64,000 nucleotides of DNA from contig JAUWAU010000014.1 in the NCBI GenBank assembly GCA_030601885.1, positions 68,774-132,773 of the forward strand, written 5' to 3'. The position numbers and the translations under genes were made by a program. Below the pieces are notes generated by a model that saw only the letters and a list, made by a program, of their open reading frames with translations, was not told the DNA's origin and ran no database searches. How positions within the stretch are numbered: position 1 is the first letter of the stretch; each line of letters starts with the position of its first letter. Source of the DNA: Armatimonadota bacterium. Its GTDB lineage: Bacteria; Armatimonadota; Zipacnadia; JAUWAU01. Below are positions 1-8,824 of this stretch, in pieces.

Positions 1-1
1 G

Positions 2-466
2 GACCCGGATTACGCACTTGCCCACTGGGGTGTCGGTCTCGCGTACGGGCAGCTGGAGCGCTACGAGGAGGCACTTGCGGCCTTTCAGACGGCGGTCCGC
101 CTCGACCCGGATATGGCGGGGGTGTATGGGAACTTGGGCATCGTATACGACGAGCTGGGCCGGCACGAGGAGGCGGCCCGGGCTTACGTGGAGCTGTTGC
201 TGCGGCAACCGCATGACCACAGAGCGCATCGGCGGCTGGGCGAGATCTACATGGAGCTGGGGCGCTTTGGCAAGGCGGTCGCTGCCTTCAACGAGGCACT
301 GCGGCTGGCACCATATGACGCCGAGGCGCGCTATGGGCTGGGGCGTGCCTACCTGCAGCGAGGAGACAGAGCAGCAGCGCAAAAGCAGTACGAGCGGCTG
401 AGAGAAATGTATCCACATCTTGCCGAGAAGCTGCAGGAGATGCTGGAGGCCCAGCAGTCCGAGTGA
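2..466 (+). CDS. Tetratricopeptide repeat protein, 5'-partial (runs off window start)
   Basis: Frame is open from position 2 (DPDYALAHWGVGLAYGQLERYEEALAAFQTAVRLDPD...) into ORF 113..466; canonical TPR consensus repeats. Confidence 0.9.
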   Translation, partial: DPDYALAHWGVGLAYGQLERYEEALAAFQTAVRLDPDMAGVYGNLGIVYDELGRHEEAARAYVELLLRQPHDHRAHRRLGEIYMELGRFGKAVAAFNEALRLAPYDAEARYGLGRAYLQRGDRAAAQKQYERLREMYPHLAEKLQEMLEAQQSE

Positions 467-505
467 GGCCGCAGCCGGGGGCACCCCGAGCGCGGCCGAA
501 GGGAG

Positions 506-1921
506 GTGGGCAGACTGGCCGAGGGCGGCTCTCGTCGGAGTGTGCAGCGGACGCGAGAGGTGGCGGAGCACTTGGACCGCGCAGCAGCAGCCGTGGAGCA
601 GGGCCGGCACGATGAGGCCCTCGAGCATCTGGAGCACGTCGATCGCTTGGGGCCGGACCATCCGGCCGGGCGCGTGCTGTTGACCGCGGCACGTATGCAT
701 CATGCCCAGCGATACGACGAGGCGGCTGAGGCGCTCCGCGAGGCCATCCGCCTGGAGCCGCGGCTGCGCGACTCGCGCACGGCACTGGGGGCGCTCTACA
801 ACAAGCTCGGGCGCGGCGAGCAGGCGATCGCCGTCCTGGAGGAGGCCACGCGCCTCGGCGTGGAAGACGCCGAAGCGTACAACATCCTTGGCGCCAACTA
901 CGGCAACATGGGGCGGTTCGAGGAGGCCAGGGCGGCCTTCGAGAAGGGCATCCAGCTCGATCCGGACTACCCCCACATACGCCAGAACTTCGCCCGTGCC
1001 CTCGCGCAGCGAGGCGAATACGAAGAGGCGCTCACCCATCTGAAGAAGGCCGACGCCGTGTCGCCGGACAACGCCGCCGTGCTGTCTCTGATGGGCCTTG
1101 CGTACACGAGGCTGGAGCGCGACGACGAGGCCATTGCGCTGCTGGAGCGCGCGACTCGTCTGGATCCCGACTACGCCTCGGCGCACGCCAACCTGGCGTG
1201 CGCGTACCGTTTGGTCGGGCGGCACGAGGATGCCGTCGCGTCGTTCCGGGAGGCCATCCGGACGGCGCCGGACGCTGCCGAGCCGCATTACGAGCTTGGG
1301 GCAGTCTACAGGGAGCTCGAGCGACACGAGGAGGCCGCCGCGGAGTACCGGGAGGCCATTCGACTTCGGCCCGACTACGCGGAGGCGCATTACGGGCTGG
1401 GCACGACGCACATCAGCGGGAAGCAGTACGCGGAGGCCGTCGACTGCTTCACTCGGGTGCTGGAGTTGGCGCCTGACCACGCGGACGCGCAGTACAGCCT
1501 CGGCTTCGCGTACATGGGGCTGGAGCAGCCTGATGCCGCGCTCGCGGCGCTCACGCGCGCGGTACGTCTGCAGCCGCATAGATCCCGGTTCCACGAGGCC
1601 CTTGGCGGAGCGTATGGCGGCCTCGGCGACAACGAGCGTGCGCTGACGTGCTTTCTGGAGGCGGTCCGCCTCGACCCCGGGAATGGCCACGCACAGATGA
1701 ACTTGGGAATAGCCTACAATGAGTTGGGCCGCCTGGACGAGGCCGTTGGGACGTTCCAGGAGGTGCTGCGGCGCCGGGCAGACCAGGCGCCGGCCCTCCT
1801 GTGGCTGGGATGCGCGTACCTCCAGCGCGGTGACGCCCTGGCCGCGCAAAAGCAGTATGAGCGCCTGAAGGAAGTGCATCCGGCTCTGGCGGAACAACTG
1901 CGGCGGCTGATGCAGCGCTGA
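506..1921 (+). CDS. Tetratricopeptide repeat protein (about 12 TPRs)
   Basis: Repeated 34-aa TPR units (e.g. AEAHYGLG..., ADAQYSLGFAY...); C-terminus paralogous to the upstream gene. Start may be GTG 560. Confidence 0.9.
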   Translation: MGRLAEGGSRRSVQRTREVAEHLDRAAAAVEQGRHDEALEHLEHVDRLGPDHPAGRVLLTAARMHHAQRYDEAAEALREAIRLEPRLRDSRTALGALYNKLGRGEQAIAVLEEATRLGVEDAEAYNILGANYGNMGRFEEARAAFEKGIQLDPDYPHIRQNFARALAQRGEYEEALTHLKKADAVSPDNAAVLSLMGLAYTRLERDDEAIALLERATRLDPDYASAHANLACAYRLVGRHEDAVASFREAIRTAPDAAEPHYELGAVYRELERHEEAAAEYREAIRLRPDYAEAHYGLGTTHISGKQYAEAVDCFTRVLELAPDHADAQYSLGFAYMGLEQPDAALAALTRAVRLQPHRSRFHEALGGAYGGLGDNERALTCFLEAVRLDPGNGHAQMNLGIAYNELGRLDEAVGTFQEVLRRRADQAPALLWLGCAYLQRGDALAAQKQYERLKEVHPALAEQLRRLMQR

Positions 1922-1985
1922 AGCCAGCGCGGAATGGCCAATCCGCCACTCACCACAACGACCGAATCGGAGGTGCCGCACTCAA

Positions 1986-2909
1986 ATGCGAAACGTTGTC
2001 ATCCTCGGCTCAGGCTGCGCTGGCCTGACGTCAGCCATATACACGGCGCGGGCGAACCTGGAGCCGCTCGTGATCTCGGGGGCCGAGCCGGGCGGGCAGC
2101 TCGCGCTCACAACCGATGTGGAGAACTACCCGGGCTTCAAGGAGGGCGTCCTTGGGCCGGCACTGATGCAGGAAATGAGGGAGCAGGCAGCTCGCTTTGG
2201 GGCGGAGTTCGTGTCCGATGACGCCCACGCCGTTGATCTGAGCCCGCGTCCCTTCGTCGTCGAAGCTGGCGACGGGCGGCACGAAGCCAAGGCGCTCATC
2301 ATCGCCACGGGCGCATCGGCCCGGTTTGTCGGGTTGGAGTCGGAGCGAAAGCTCATCGGCCACGGCGTCTCCACCTGCGCCACATGCGACGGCTTCTTCT
2401 TCCGCGACCAGGAGATCGTGGTCGTCGGCGGCGGCGATTCCGCCATGGAGGAGTCCAACTTCCTCACCAAATTCGCCAGCAAGGTGACCGTCATTCACCG
2501 GCGCGACGAGCTCCGGGCCTCCAAGATCATGCAAGGCCGCGCCTTCAGGAACGAGAAGATCGAGTTCATCTGGGATACGGTCGTCGAGGAGATCATGGAC
2601 GTCGAAAAGGGCGAGGTGACGGGAGTAAAGCTACGCAACGTAAAGACGGACGAGGTCTCCGAGTTCCCCTGCAGGGGGGTGTTCCTCGCCATCGGGCACA
2701 TCCCCAACACGCAGCTACTCGAGGGACAGCTAGAGCTGGATCAGGCCGGCTACATCGTCGTGCACGATCATACGAAGACGAGCGTCGAAGGCGTTTTCGC
2801 CGCCGGCGATGTGCAGGACTATGTGTATCGCCAGGCCGTCACGGCCGCCGGCAGCGGCTGCATGGCGGCGATAGATGTGGAGCGGTATCTCCAGGGGCTA
2901 GAGGGGTGA
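1986..2909 (+). CDS. trxB: Thioredoxin-disulfide reductase
   Basis: GSGCAG FAD motif, GGQL..T..VENYPG, redox CATCDG, GGGDSAMEE, HRR, GVFAAGDV..YRQAVTAAG.GC; RBS GGAGG upstream. Confidence 0.97.
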   Translation: MRNVVILGSGCAGLTSAIYTARANLEPLVISGAEPGGQLALTTDVENYPGFKEGVLGPALMQEMREQAARFGAEFVSDDAHAVDLSPRPFVVEAGDGRHEAKALIIATGASARFVGLESERKLIGHGVSTCATCDGFFFRDQEIVVVGGGDSAMEESNFLTKFASKVTVIHRRDELRASKIMQGRAFRNEKIEFIWDTVVEEIMDVEKGEVTGVKLRNVKTDEVSEFPCRGVFLAIGHIPNTQLLEGQLELDQAGYIVVHDHTKTSVEGVFAAGDVQDYVYRQAVTAAGSGCMAAIDVERYLQGLEG

Positions 2910-2916
2910 CGCTGCG

Positions 2917-3045
2917 TTGGCGTTTCTGGGGCCCATTGGATTGCAGGAGCTGCTGATTCTATTCCTGATACTTGTGCTTCTCGCGGGGCCGGCACTGGGC
3001 GTTGCGGTACTGCTGTACTTCCTACTGCGCAAGCCGCGCCGCTGA
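2917..3045 (+). CDS. Small membrane protein (42 aa) with TatA-like N-terminus; not in ORF track
   Basis: TTG start after GAGGGG; MAFLGPIGLQELLILFLILVLLAGPALGVAVLLYFLLRKPRR, hydrophobic with basic tail. Confidence 0.65.
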   Translation: MAFLGPIGLQELLILFLILVLLAGPALGVAVLLYFLLRKPRR

Positions 3046-3124
3046 ATTCTGGGTCCCGCAACTCCCTGCGAGGCTTCCCGCGGCGGGTGCACGCCTTCAT
3101 GCCGACTGAGCAGGAGTGCAAATC

Positions 3125-3229
3125 GTGGCAATCGGGCTTTTCGGCTCGGTGATCCTCGGAGTACTTGTCGTGCTGGTCGCCGCCGCAGGGCTAGTGGTGT
3201 ACTTGCTGTACCGCAAGCCGACACAGTAG
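3125..3229 (+). CDS. Small membrane protein (34 aa); not in ORF track
   Basis: AGGAG at 3112-3116, GTG start; MAIGLFGSVILGVLVVLVAAAGLVVYLLYRKPTQ. Confidence 0.65.
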   Translation: MAIGLFGSVILGVLVVLVAAAGLVVYLLYRKPTQ

Positions 3230-3252
3230 CGCGGGGCTGCGATGGCGGCGGC

Positions 3253-3894
3253 TCAGCGCCGGCCGGGGCGGTCCGCCTTGCGCGCCCGTTCTCTCGCGTC
3301 CTGGTCGCTATCGTCTTCGGCTTGCTCCTCGTCAGACTCCAGGTGCGGCGCCAGGATGCGCGCATAGTCGTTGATCATCTCGTAGTAATGCCCATGTCGG
3401 GAGAGCACGTAGAACTGATAGAGGACGCCGAGCACGATGAGCATCATGCCCTGTCCGAGAGTGCCGCCCAGGAGGACATCGCCGATGGCGGCCACACCGA
3501 TCCCAGCGCCCAGCACCGAGACCGCTGACGCCGTCTTCAGCACCCGCGCCCGAACGAATGCCCCGTGAGGGTTCTCCGGCGTCTCGAGGGCCCCCGTCGC
3601 CCTCTGTTCCTCCGCTGCCGCAGCCAGTCGCGCCGCTACCCGGGCGAGCCGCTCCGGGTTCAGCGCATAGCCGTCAATGGCGAAGCCCAGCAGGAAGAAG
3701 CCCGCAGCGATGGCGAGGAACAACTCCAGGACGTTCTCGACTTGGATCTCTGACAGCTCTCGGGGCGGAACGGAGCGGCCCGCGATGACGGTGAGCACCA
3801 GTGCGGCGACGATGGGGATGACGCCCCAGTAGAGCCACCGATGTACGATCAGTCGTTTTGCCGTGCCGGCATCAATAATGGCCTCTTCGGACAT
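3253..3894 (-). CDS. Hypothetical integral membrane protein (about 4 TM)
   Basis: Hydrophobic segments in ORF 3253..4236; the promoter at 3950-3978 means the real start is downstream of it (ATG 3894 or 3909). Confidence 0.75.
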   Translation of the reverse strand: MSEEAIIDAGTAKRLIVHRWLYWGVIPIVAALVLTVIAGRSVPPRELSEIQVENVLELFLAIAAGFFLLGFAIDGYALNPERLARVAARLAAAAEEQRATGALETPENPHGAFVRARVLKTASAVSVLGAGIGVAAIGDVLLGGTLGQGMMLIVLGVLYQFYVLSRHGHYYEMINDYARILAPHLESDEEQAEDDSDQDARERARKADRPGRR

Positions 3895-3949
3895 CACAGA
3901 GGCCACCATCCCGGACATTGATATTGTGTCATCGGCCTGAATCGGGGCG

Positions 3950-3978
3950 AGTATAACACCGGGGATATGCAGTGTCAA
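3950..3978 (-). promoter_or_regulatory. Sigma-70 promoter TTGACA-N17-TATACT
   Basis: Minus strand reads TTGACA ctgcatatccccggtgt TATACT, about 55 nt upstream of ATG 3894. Confidence 0.75.
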
Positions 3979-4030
3979 CGAGCCAGACAGGCATGGGTAC
4001 GTGTGTGAATTGTCGGCAAACTGGCCTTCG

Positions 4031-4219
4031 GGTGCCACGGCGCCTGACCCCCTTCGGGGTCGGCGTCCCGCCCGTAGGGTCAGGGACTTGCTTGTGCCTG
4101 TCTGACTCGTGCTACGTAGCGAGCTACTTCGCAGAGTAGCAAGCGGCATCCCGTATGGGATCAAGCCGTGCGTTCCCTGCAAGGCCAAAGGCACACGGGT
4201 AGCGAGCCACCCGTGCCAC
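4031..4219. repeat. Composite REP-like palindromic cluster with nested micro-insertions
   Basis: Multiple hairpins (GACCCCCTTCGGGGTC, GCTACTTCGCAGAGTAGC, TCCCGTATGGGA, CACGGGTAGCGAGCCACCCGTG); contains GCCTGTCTG[36 nt]AAGCGGCATCCCGTATGGGA shared with the purL insertion. Confidence 0.7.
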
Positions 4220-4272
4220 ACAGCGGGCTGGTGCATGTACGGAAGGGGCGTCTCAGGCTATCTCACGACGTC

Positions 4273-5325
4273 TCAGATGCGCGATAGCAGCGCAGCGAGG
4301 CGCGCATCCCAGACAGCGCCCCTGAGCGTATTGGTCAGTTGCCGCAGCGCCAGTTCCATTCTCACCCACGTGGCGGCGTCAATGCCGCGCTTGCCTTCTA
4401 TCTGTGCGCGATACTGGGCGACCTGCGGGCGGTAGGCCTCGATGCGCTTGCCGAGCTCCCTGGCCGCTGCCGCATCACGCTCCTGCCGACGAGCTTCCTC
4501 GAGCTGCGCCAGGAGCGCGTCCAGGTCCGCCAATGCCTGCTGTGCGAGCGCCCGATAGGGTGTCTCCGAGAAGCCTCCCGGGCCATAGATGCGCAGCGGG
4601 CCGGTGCGGTGGCCCTTCCGGAACTCTTCGCCGAGCTGCCCGAGTTGCTCCGCCGTCGGAGAGAGCACCAAGTGGGCGAATCGCATCGGATCGTGGAAGT
4701 TGGCCTTGGTCTGGGACCAGTTCGTCCATTGCCGAGGGCCGCCGACCTCGCGGTCGCGGCACACGTTGAAGCCGAGCACTGTCCCAGGCCGCGGACTCAC
4801 CTCCAGATCCGCCCAGGGGATGGCCAGCTCGAGCGACCACTCGGTATCGCCGATGCGCACCTTCGCCCTTGCGCCGCTGTTCCACGAGGCGTCTTTCACC
4901 CGCGAGTCGTAGAGCCCCCCGGCCGCGCTGACGGCGAACTGATAGTACAGCTCGTGGTCGTGCGCCGGGTCAAGGAAGAATTCCAGCGCCTCGTGATGGA
5001 ATACTTGGCCATCGTCCCGGGCGGTTCGCAGCGGCGCCAGCTCTTGCGCCAGCGGCTCATCGCACACCACGCCGAAGTACAGCCGCTGCTGGTCGTAAAC
5101 GGCGCGAAAGGAGGTCTGCACGGGCGCCAGTGTCGGCTCGTCGTAGAAGGTGAAGCCGCTGACGAGCGGGGCGTTCTTCCAGCAGGCATCATCCAGCACC
5201 CCGTCGAGCCTTGGCGCCGCCACGGCCTTGGCGCATGGATACACATGGACGGGATAGTCATCTTGCGCCGTGCAAACGGACGCGGCGAGTGCGAGAAGTG
5301 GTGCGACAAGACATCCTGTGCGCAT
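4273..5325 (-). CDS. Secreted CBM9/DOMON-like sugar-binding domain protein
   Basis: Signal peptide MRTGCLVAPLLALAASVCTAQ; P.LDG.LDD..W, YD...LYFGV.C.EP, E.F.DP, W..E.AIPW, GFNVCR motifs; RBS GGAGG. Confidence 0.8.
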   Translation of the reverse strand: MRTGCLVAPLLALAASVCTAQDDYPVHVYPCAKAVAAPRLDGVLDDACWKNAPLVSGFTFYDEPTLAPVQTSFRAVYDQQRLYFGVVCDEPLAQELAPLRTARDDGQVFHHEALEFFLDPAHDHELYYQFAVSAAGGLYDSRVKDASWNSGARAKVRIGDTEWSLELAIPWADLEVSPRPGTVLGFNVCRDREVGGPRQWTNWSQTKANFHDPMRFAHLVLSPTAEQLGQLGEEFRKGHRTGPLRIYGPGGFSETPYRALAQQALADLDALLAQLEEARRQERDAAAARELGKRIEAYRPQVAQYRAQIEGKRGIDAATWVRMELALRQLTNTLRGAVWDARLAALLSRI

Positions 5326-5394
5326 TGGCTTTCCACCTCCCCGTGCCAAGCCCGGCCCCACAAACGCCGTCCCGGCCAGGCGTGACGCGGACAG

Positions 5395-5409
5395 ATTGGT
5401 CCGATCACT
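5395..5409. promoter_or_regulatory. Possible GntR/FadR-family operator (ATTGGTCCGATCACT)
   Basis: Imperfect TGGT-N3-A(C/T)CA palindrome in the divergent intergenic region; resemblance only. Confidence 0.3.
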
Positions 5410-5633
5410 CGTCTACACCTTCGAACCGACAGGCATTCCGACCTGCCCGATGTCCCCGGTTCGCCGGCACCGCGCGCCATGGAGCTGGGCGAGACCCCGC
5501 GCCGGTTGGCGGCTCTTGCGCTAACGAGAAGGGAAAGAGCATGCCTCCGGCGCAAGAGAGCCGCGGGACAACCAAAGCTCGGCGGCATCGTCCGACGCAG
5601 GTGCCGTGAGCGACGCTGGGAAGTGGTGCAGCC

Positions 5634-6536
5634 ATGGTAAACTACACTCTACACCGCGACATCGTGTACAAGCATGCCGACGACGTGGACATCGCCCTGG
5701 ACGTCTACGAGCCGCCCGGCGAGGCGCCCCGCCCGGCGATGCTCTACTTCCACGGCGGAGCGTTGATGCGCGGCAGCAAACGGATGAACGACATGCACCG
5801 CGATAGGTTCATCAACTGGGGATATGCGCTTGTATCGGCCAACTACCGCCTCGCGCCGGAAGCGAAGTGGCCCGCTTTCCGGGACGACATGCTCGACGCT
5901 CACCGCTGGGTGCTGAATAACGGCGCCGAGTACAACATTGATCCGCAGCGGATCGGCGTTTTCGGCGATTCTGCCGGCGGCTACCTATCGCTGTTGCTCG
6001 GCGCGCTCGCCCGGCCTCGGCCGCGCGTCGTGGTACCGTTCTCCGGGTACGGCGACGTGGCCGGGCCCTGGTACAGTGAGCCGGATGCGTTCTATCTGAG
6101 CCGCAAGAGCGAAGATCCGGACAAGGTGCGCAAGTCCATCAGCGCGACGGTGCTCACCGAGTGCGCCGATGCGCTGAAGGGCGCCTTCTATCGCTACTGC
6201 CGGCAGCACGGCCTGTGGCCGAAAGAGGTCATAGGATTCCATCCGTCGGAGCGCCCCGACATCTTCGAGCAGGCCTGCCCCGAGCGCCTCGTCACGCCGG
6301 ACTACCCGCCCACCTTCCTGATGCACGGCACGAACGACACCGATGTGCCTTTTGCGCGCGCCGAGAGCATGTACGACGCGCTCCAGCGCAATGGCGTCGA
6401 ATCGGCCCTTGCTGCCATCGAGGGCGGCCCCCACGGCTGCATCCACAAGCAGGTGAACTGGCCGGGCCCGGACGAGCCGCAAGTCAGCGCCGCCCTCAAC
6501 GACCTCCGTGAATTCTTAGAAAGCCACCTGGCATAG
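5634..6536 (+). CDS. Alpha/beta hydrolase (esterase/lipase, HSL-like)
   Basis: HGG oxyanion motif, YRLAPE, nucleophile GDSAGG, HGTNDTDVP, GPHG. Confidence 0.9.
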   Translation: MVNYTLHRDIVYKHADDVDIALDVYEPPGEAPRPAMLYFHGGALMRGSKRMNDMHRDRFINWGYALVSANYRLAPEAKWPAFRDDMLDAHRWVLNNGAEYNIDPQRIGVFGDSAGGYLSLLLGALARPRPRVVVPFSGYGDVAGPWYSEPDAFYLSRKSEDPDKVRKSISATVLTECADALKGAFYRYCRQHGLWPKEVIGFHPSERPDIFEQACPERLVTPDYPPTFLMHGTNDTDVPFARAESMYDALQRNGVESALAAIEGGPHGCIHKQVNWPGPDEPQVSAALNDLREFLESHLA

Positions 6537-6585
6537 CTGCTCGCCTCGCGGGGCAGGCTGCCGTCTCGAAAGCTGGTGACGTTGC

Positions 6586-7851
6586 GTGGAGTTCGACCAG
6601 ATGATTGAATCGCTCGACCTGCGAGACCACGAGGAGGTGTTGCGCCCCGGATGGAAGGCCTCCCAGGAGTCGCTTCCTCCCGATGCGCTTCGGTTTCTCG
6701 ACGGCGATTTCTTCGCCGAAGCCTGTCGTATGGTCAGCCTCAGCGAGGACGCCCGGCCATCTCTGCAGACGACGGCGGACCAGATCGAGCAGAACCCGTC
6801 GCTTAGAAGTCTGGCGTGGCACTACCACCGCCTTCTGTTCACGAGCACTCCGGATACGCGCCCCGACGTGTTCTCGTGGCCCGCCCTGGAGAACGTGCTG
6901 GGCGATGCGGCGGGGACGTTCTATCTGATCGTTGCTCTATCGGGCTTGCCGGGGGCGCAGGCATTCCACACAGCCCGCGAGATCCCTGAGGACATATTGC
7001 GGGACACCTACGCGGACGCAGCTCTGTGGGCCAACGAATGGCACAAGGCGCACGGGGTTTGGGGGATGGAGAGGAGAATAGTACGCTGGGTCACCAATCA
7101 CTTCGTTGGCGATCTGTATCGGCTGAATCGGCTCCAGTTCATGCAACGGCCCTTCCGCGGGTCGCTGCAGGCGTTTCGTCACGTGGATACGGGCGAGGTG
7201 CTCGCCGTGGCCGAAGACGGCATCCGCTTTCGGTCAGACGGCCAAATGGACGGCGCGGGGGAGGTCTACGACCCGGAAGGAGCCTGGACGTCGCACCTGG
7301 AGGTCACCGAGGAGGGCGTCAGGGGCAATCCCCTCGATCCCGCCGGTAAGGCTGTCTCTTCGGAGGTGTTTCTGCCCGCTGATCGGTGGAAGCCGGCGCT
7401 GAGGCGCGGCGACCCCATGCTGGAGATGCACATCCCAGCGAACGGCCCCATGGCCTTCGATGCCTGTGGCGACTCGCTCCGCCGCGCGCTGGGGTTCTTC
7501 CCGCGCTACTTCCCCGATCGCCCCTTCCTGGGTTTCTGCTGCACGTCCTGGACGCTCGACACACAGCTCTGCGACCTGCTGCCGCCCTCGTCTAACCTGG
7601 TGCGCTTCATGCGGGAGTTCCACTGCTACCCGATCCTCACCAGTGGCCGGCAGACCTTCGAGCGCGCCTTCGGCGGCGTTCCCGACGACGTACGGGACCT
7701 GCCGCGCGATACCGCCCTGCGGCGGCTGCTGGTGGATCATCTGCTGGCCGGCGGGCACACGCGGTCCGGGGGGATATTCCTGCTGACCGAGGACCTCCAC
7801 TGGGGGACGCAGGTATACCTCACGCAGCAGCGAAGCCTGCCCATCGCATGA
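6586..7851 (+). CDS. Acyltransferase-domain protein (N-acyltransferase N-terminal plus GNAT-like C-terminal)
   Basis: LYRLNRLQF, L.MHIP..GP, F.C.SW.LD, LP..SN...F motifs typical of this family. Confidence 0.7.
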   Translation: MEFDQMIESLDLRDHEEVLRPGWKASQESLPPDALRFLDGDFFAEACRMVSLSEDARPSLQTTADQIEQNPSLRSLAWHYHRLLFTSTPDTRPDVFSWPALENVLGDAAGTFYLIVALSGLPGAQAFHTAREIPEDILRDTYADAALWANEWHKAHGVWGMERRIVRWVTNHFVGDLYRLNRLQFMQRPFRGSLQAFRHVDTGEVLAVAEDGIRFRSDGQMDGAGEVYDPEGAWTSHLEVTEEGVRGNPLDPAGKAVSSEVFLPADRWKPALRRGDPMLEMHIPANGPMAFDACGDSLRRALGFFPRYFPDRPFLGFCCTSWTLDTQLCDLLPPSSNLVRFMREFHCYPILTSGRQTFERAFGGVPDDVRDLPRDTALRRLLVDHLLAGGHTRSGGIFLLTEDLHWGTQVYLTQQRSLPIA

Positions 7852-8025
7852 CGTTCGGGAATTCCCCGAATTATGGGTATACCCCCACCAGACACGGGAC
7901 ACATGTCCCACATAGCACACGACGCCGGCCGTGGCGGAACCCGCCACCCGCGTCCAACGTTCCGCTCGACGAAGGGAGGCCGTCGCGCGGCCGCCACTAT
8001 GCGGGCCGCCTAACGGGATACGCCA

Positions 8026-8751
8026 ATGTCCGAGAACAAGCCCAGGCGTTCGTTCTTTGCGGCCATACGGAGCTACATCCTCGCCGGGGTCTTCACCGCC
8101 ATACCCATCTGGGTCACGTGGCTCATATTCGCGTTCCTCGTGCAGCTCCTGCGGGACGTGGGCGCTCCGCCCATTGCCCGCGTGGCCGAGGCGCTGCGCC
8201 CAGTGGCCCCGGCCATTTCGGCGCCGCTGGAGGACCCGTGGCTGCAGTCGGCCGTGGCCGTGGTGCTCGTCCTCGTGGGCTTCCTTCTGCTCGGCTGGTT
8301 CTCATCGCGAGTGATCGGCCAGCGCTTCGTGGCCGCCTTCGATTCCCTCATGGGCCGCATCCCGCTGGTGGAGTTGATCTATGGCGCCCTCAGAAAGCTC
8401 CTGACCACCGTGCAGCAGAAGCCCGAGGGAGTTCAGCGTGTCGTCCTCATCGATTTCCCTTCGCCCGAGATGAAAACGGTCGGGCTGGTCACCCGCACCC
8501 TCGTCGATCAGGACACCGGCCGCAAACTGGCCGCCGTCTACGTTCCGACGACCCCCAATCCCACCTCCGGCTACCTCGAGATCGTCCCGCTGGACCGGGT
8601 GACGTCCACGAACTGGACGGTTGACGAGGCCATGGAGTTCGTGGTCACCGGCGGCGCCGTCGCCCCGCCGACGATGAACTACGACAGGAGCGCCAACGCC
8701 GCGACGGAGCCCACCGCGGAAGGGACAGACGAATCAGCCAGCAACGAGTGA
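8026..8751 (+). CDS. DUF502 domain membrane protein
   Basis: Two TM segments, RIPLV..IY, VVLIDFP, VYVPTTPNPTSGYL, AMEFVVTGG. Confidence 0.9.
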   Translation: MSENKPRRSFFAAIRSYILAGVFTAIPIWVTWLIFAFLVQLLRDVGAPPIARVAEALRPVAPAISAPLEDPWLQSAVAVVLVLVGFLLLGWFSSRVIGQRFVAAFDSLMGRIPLVELIYGALRKLLTTVQQKPEGVQRVVLIDFPSPEMKTVGLVTRTLVDQDTGRKLAAVYVPTTPNPTSGYLEIVPLDRVTSTNWTVDEAMEFVVTGGAVAPPTMNYDRSANAATEPTAEGTDESASNE

Positions 8752-8824
8752 CCATGAAGATGAGGACACTCAATCCCCCTCAACGAACGGGGGGCCTCGC
8801 ACGCCCCACGCGAGGCGACGCCCA

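Noticed and set aside
4021-4230. Possible structured ncRNA (SRP, 6S or riboswitch)
   Set aside because: No diagnostic motifs seen; the hairpins are better explained as nested repeat units also present in purL. An Rfam scan would be decisive.
3895-4236. N-terminal 114 aa of ORF 3253..4236
   Set aside because: Runs through a consensus promoter and the palindromic repeat nest; not protein-like.
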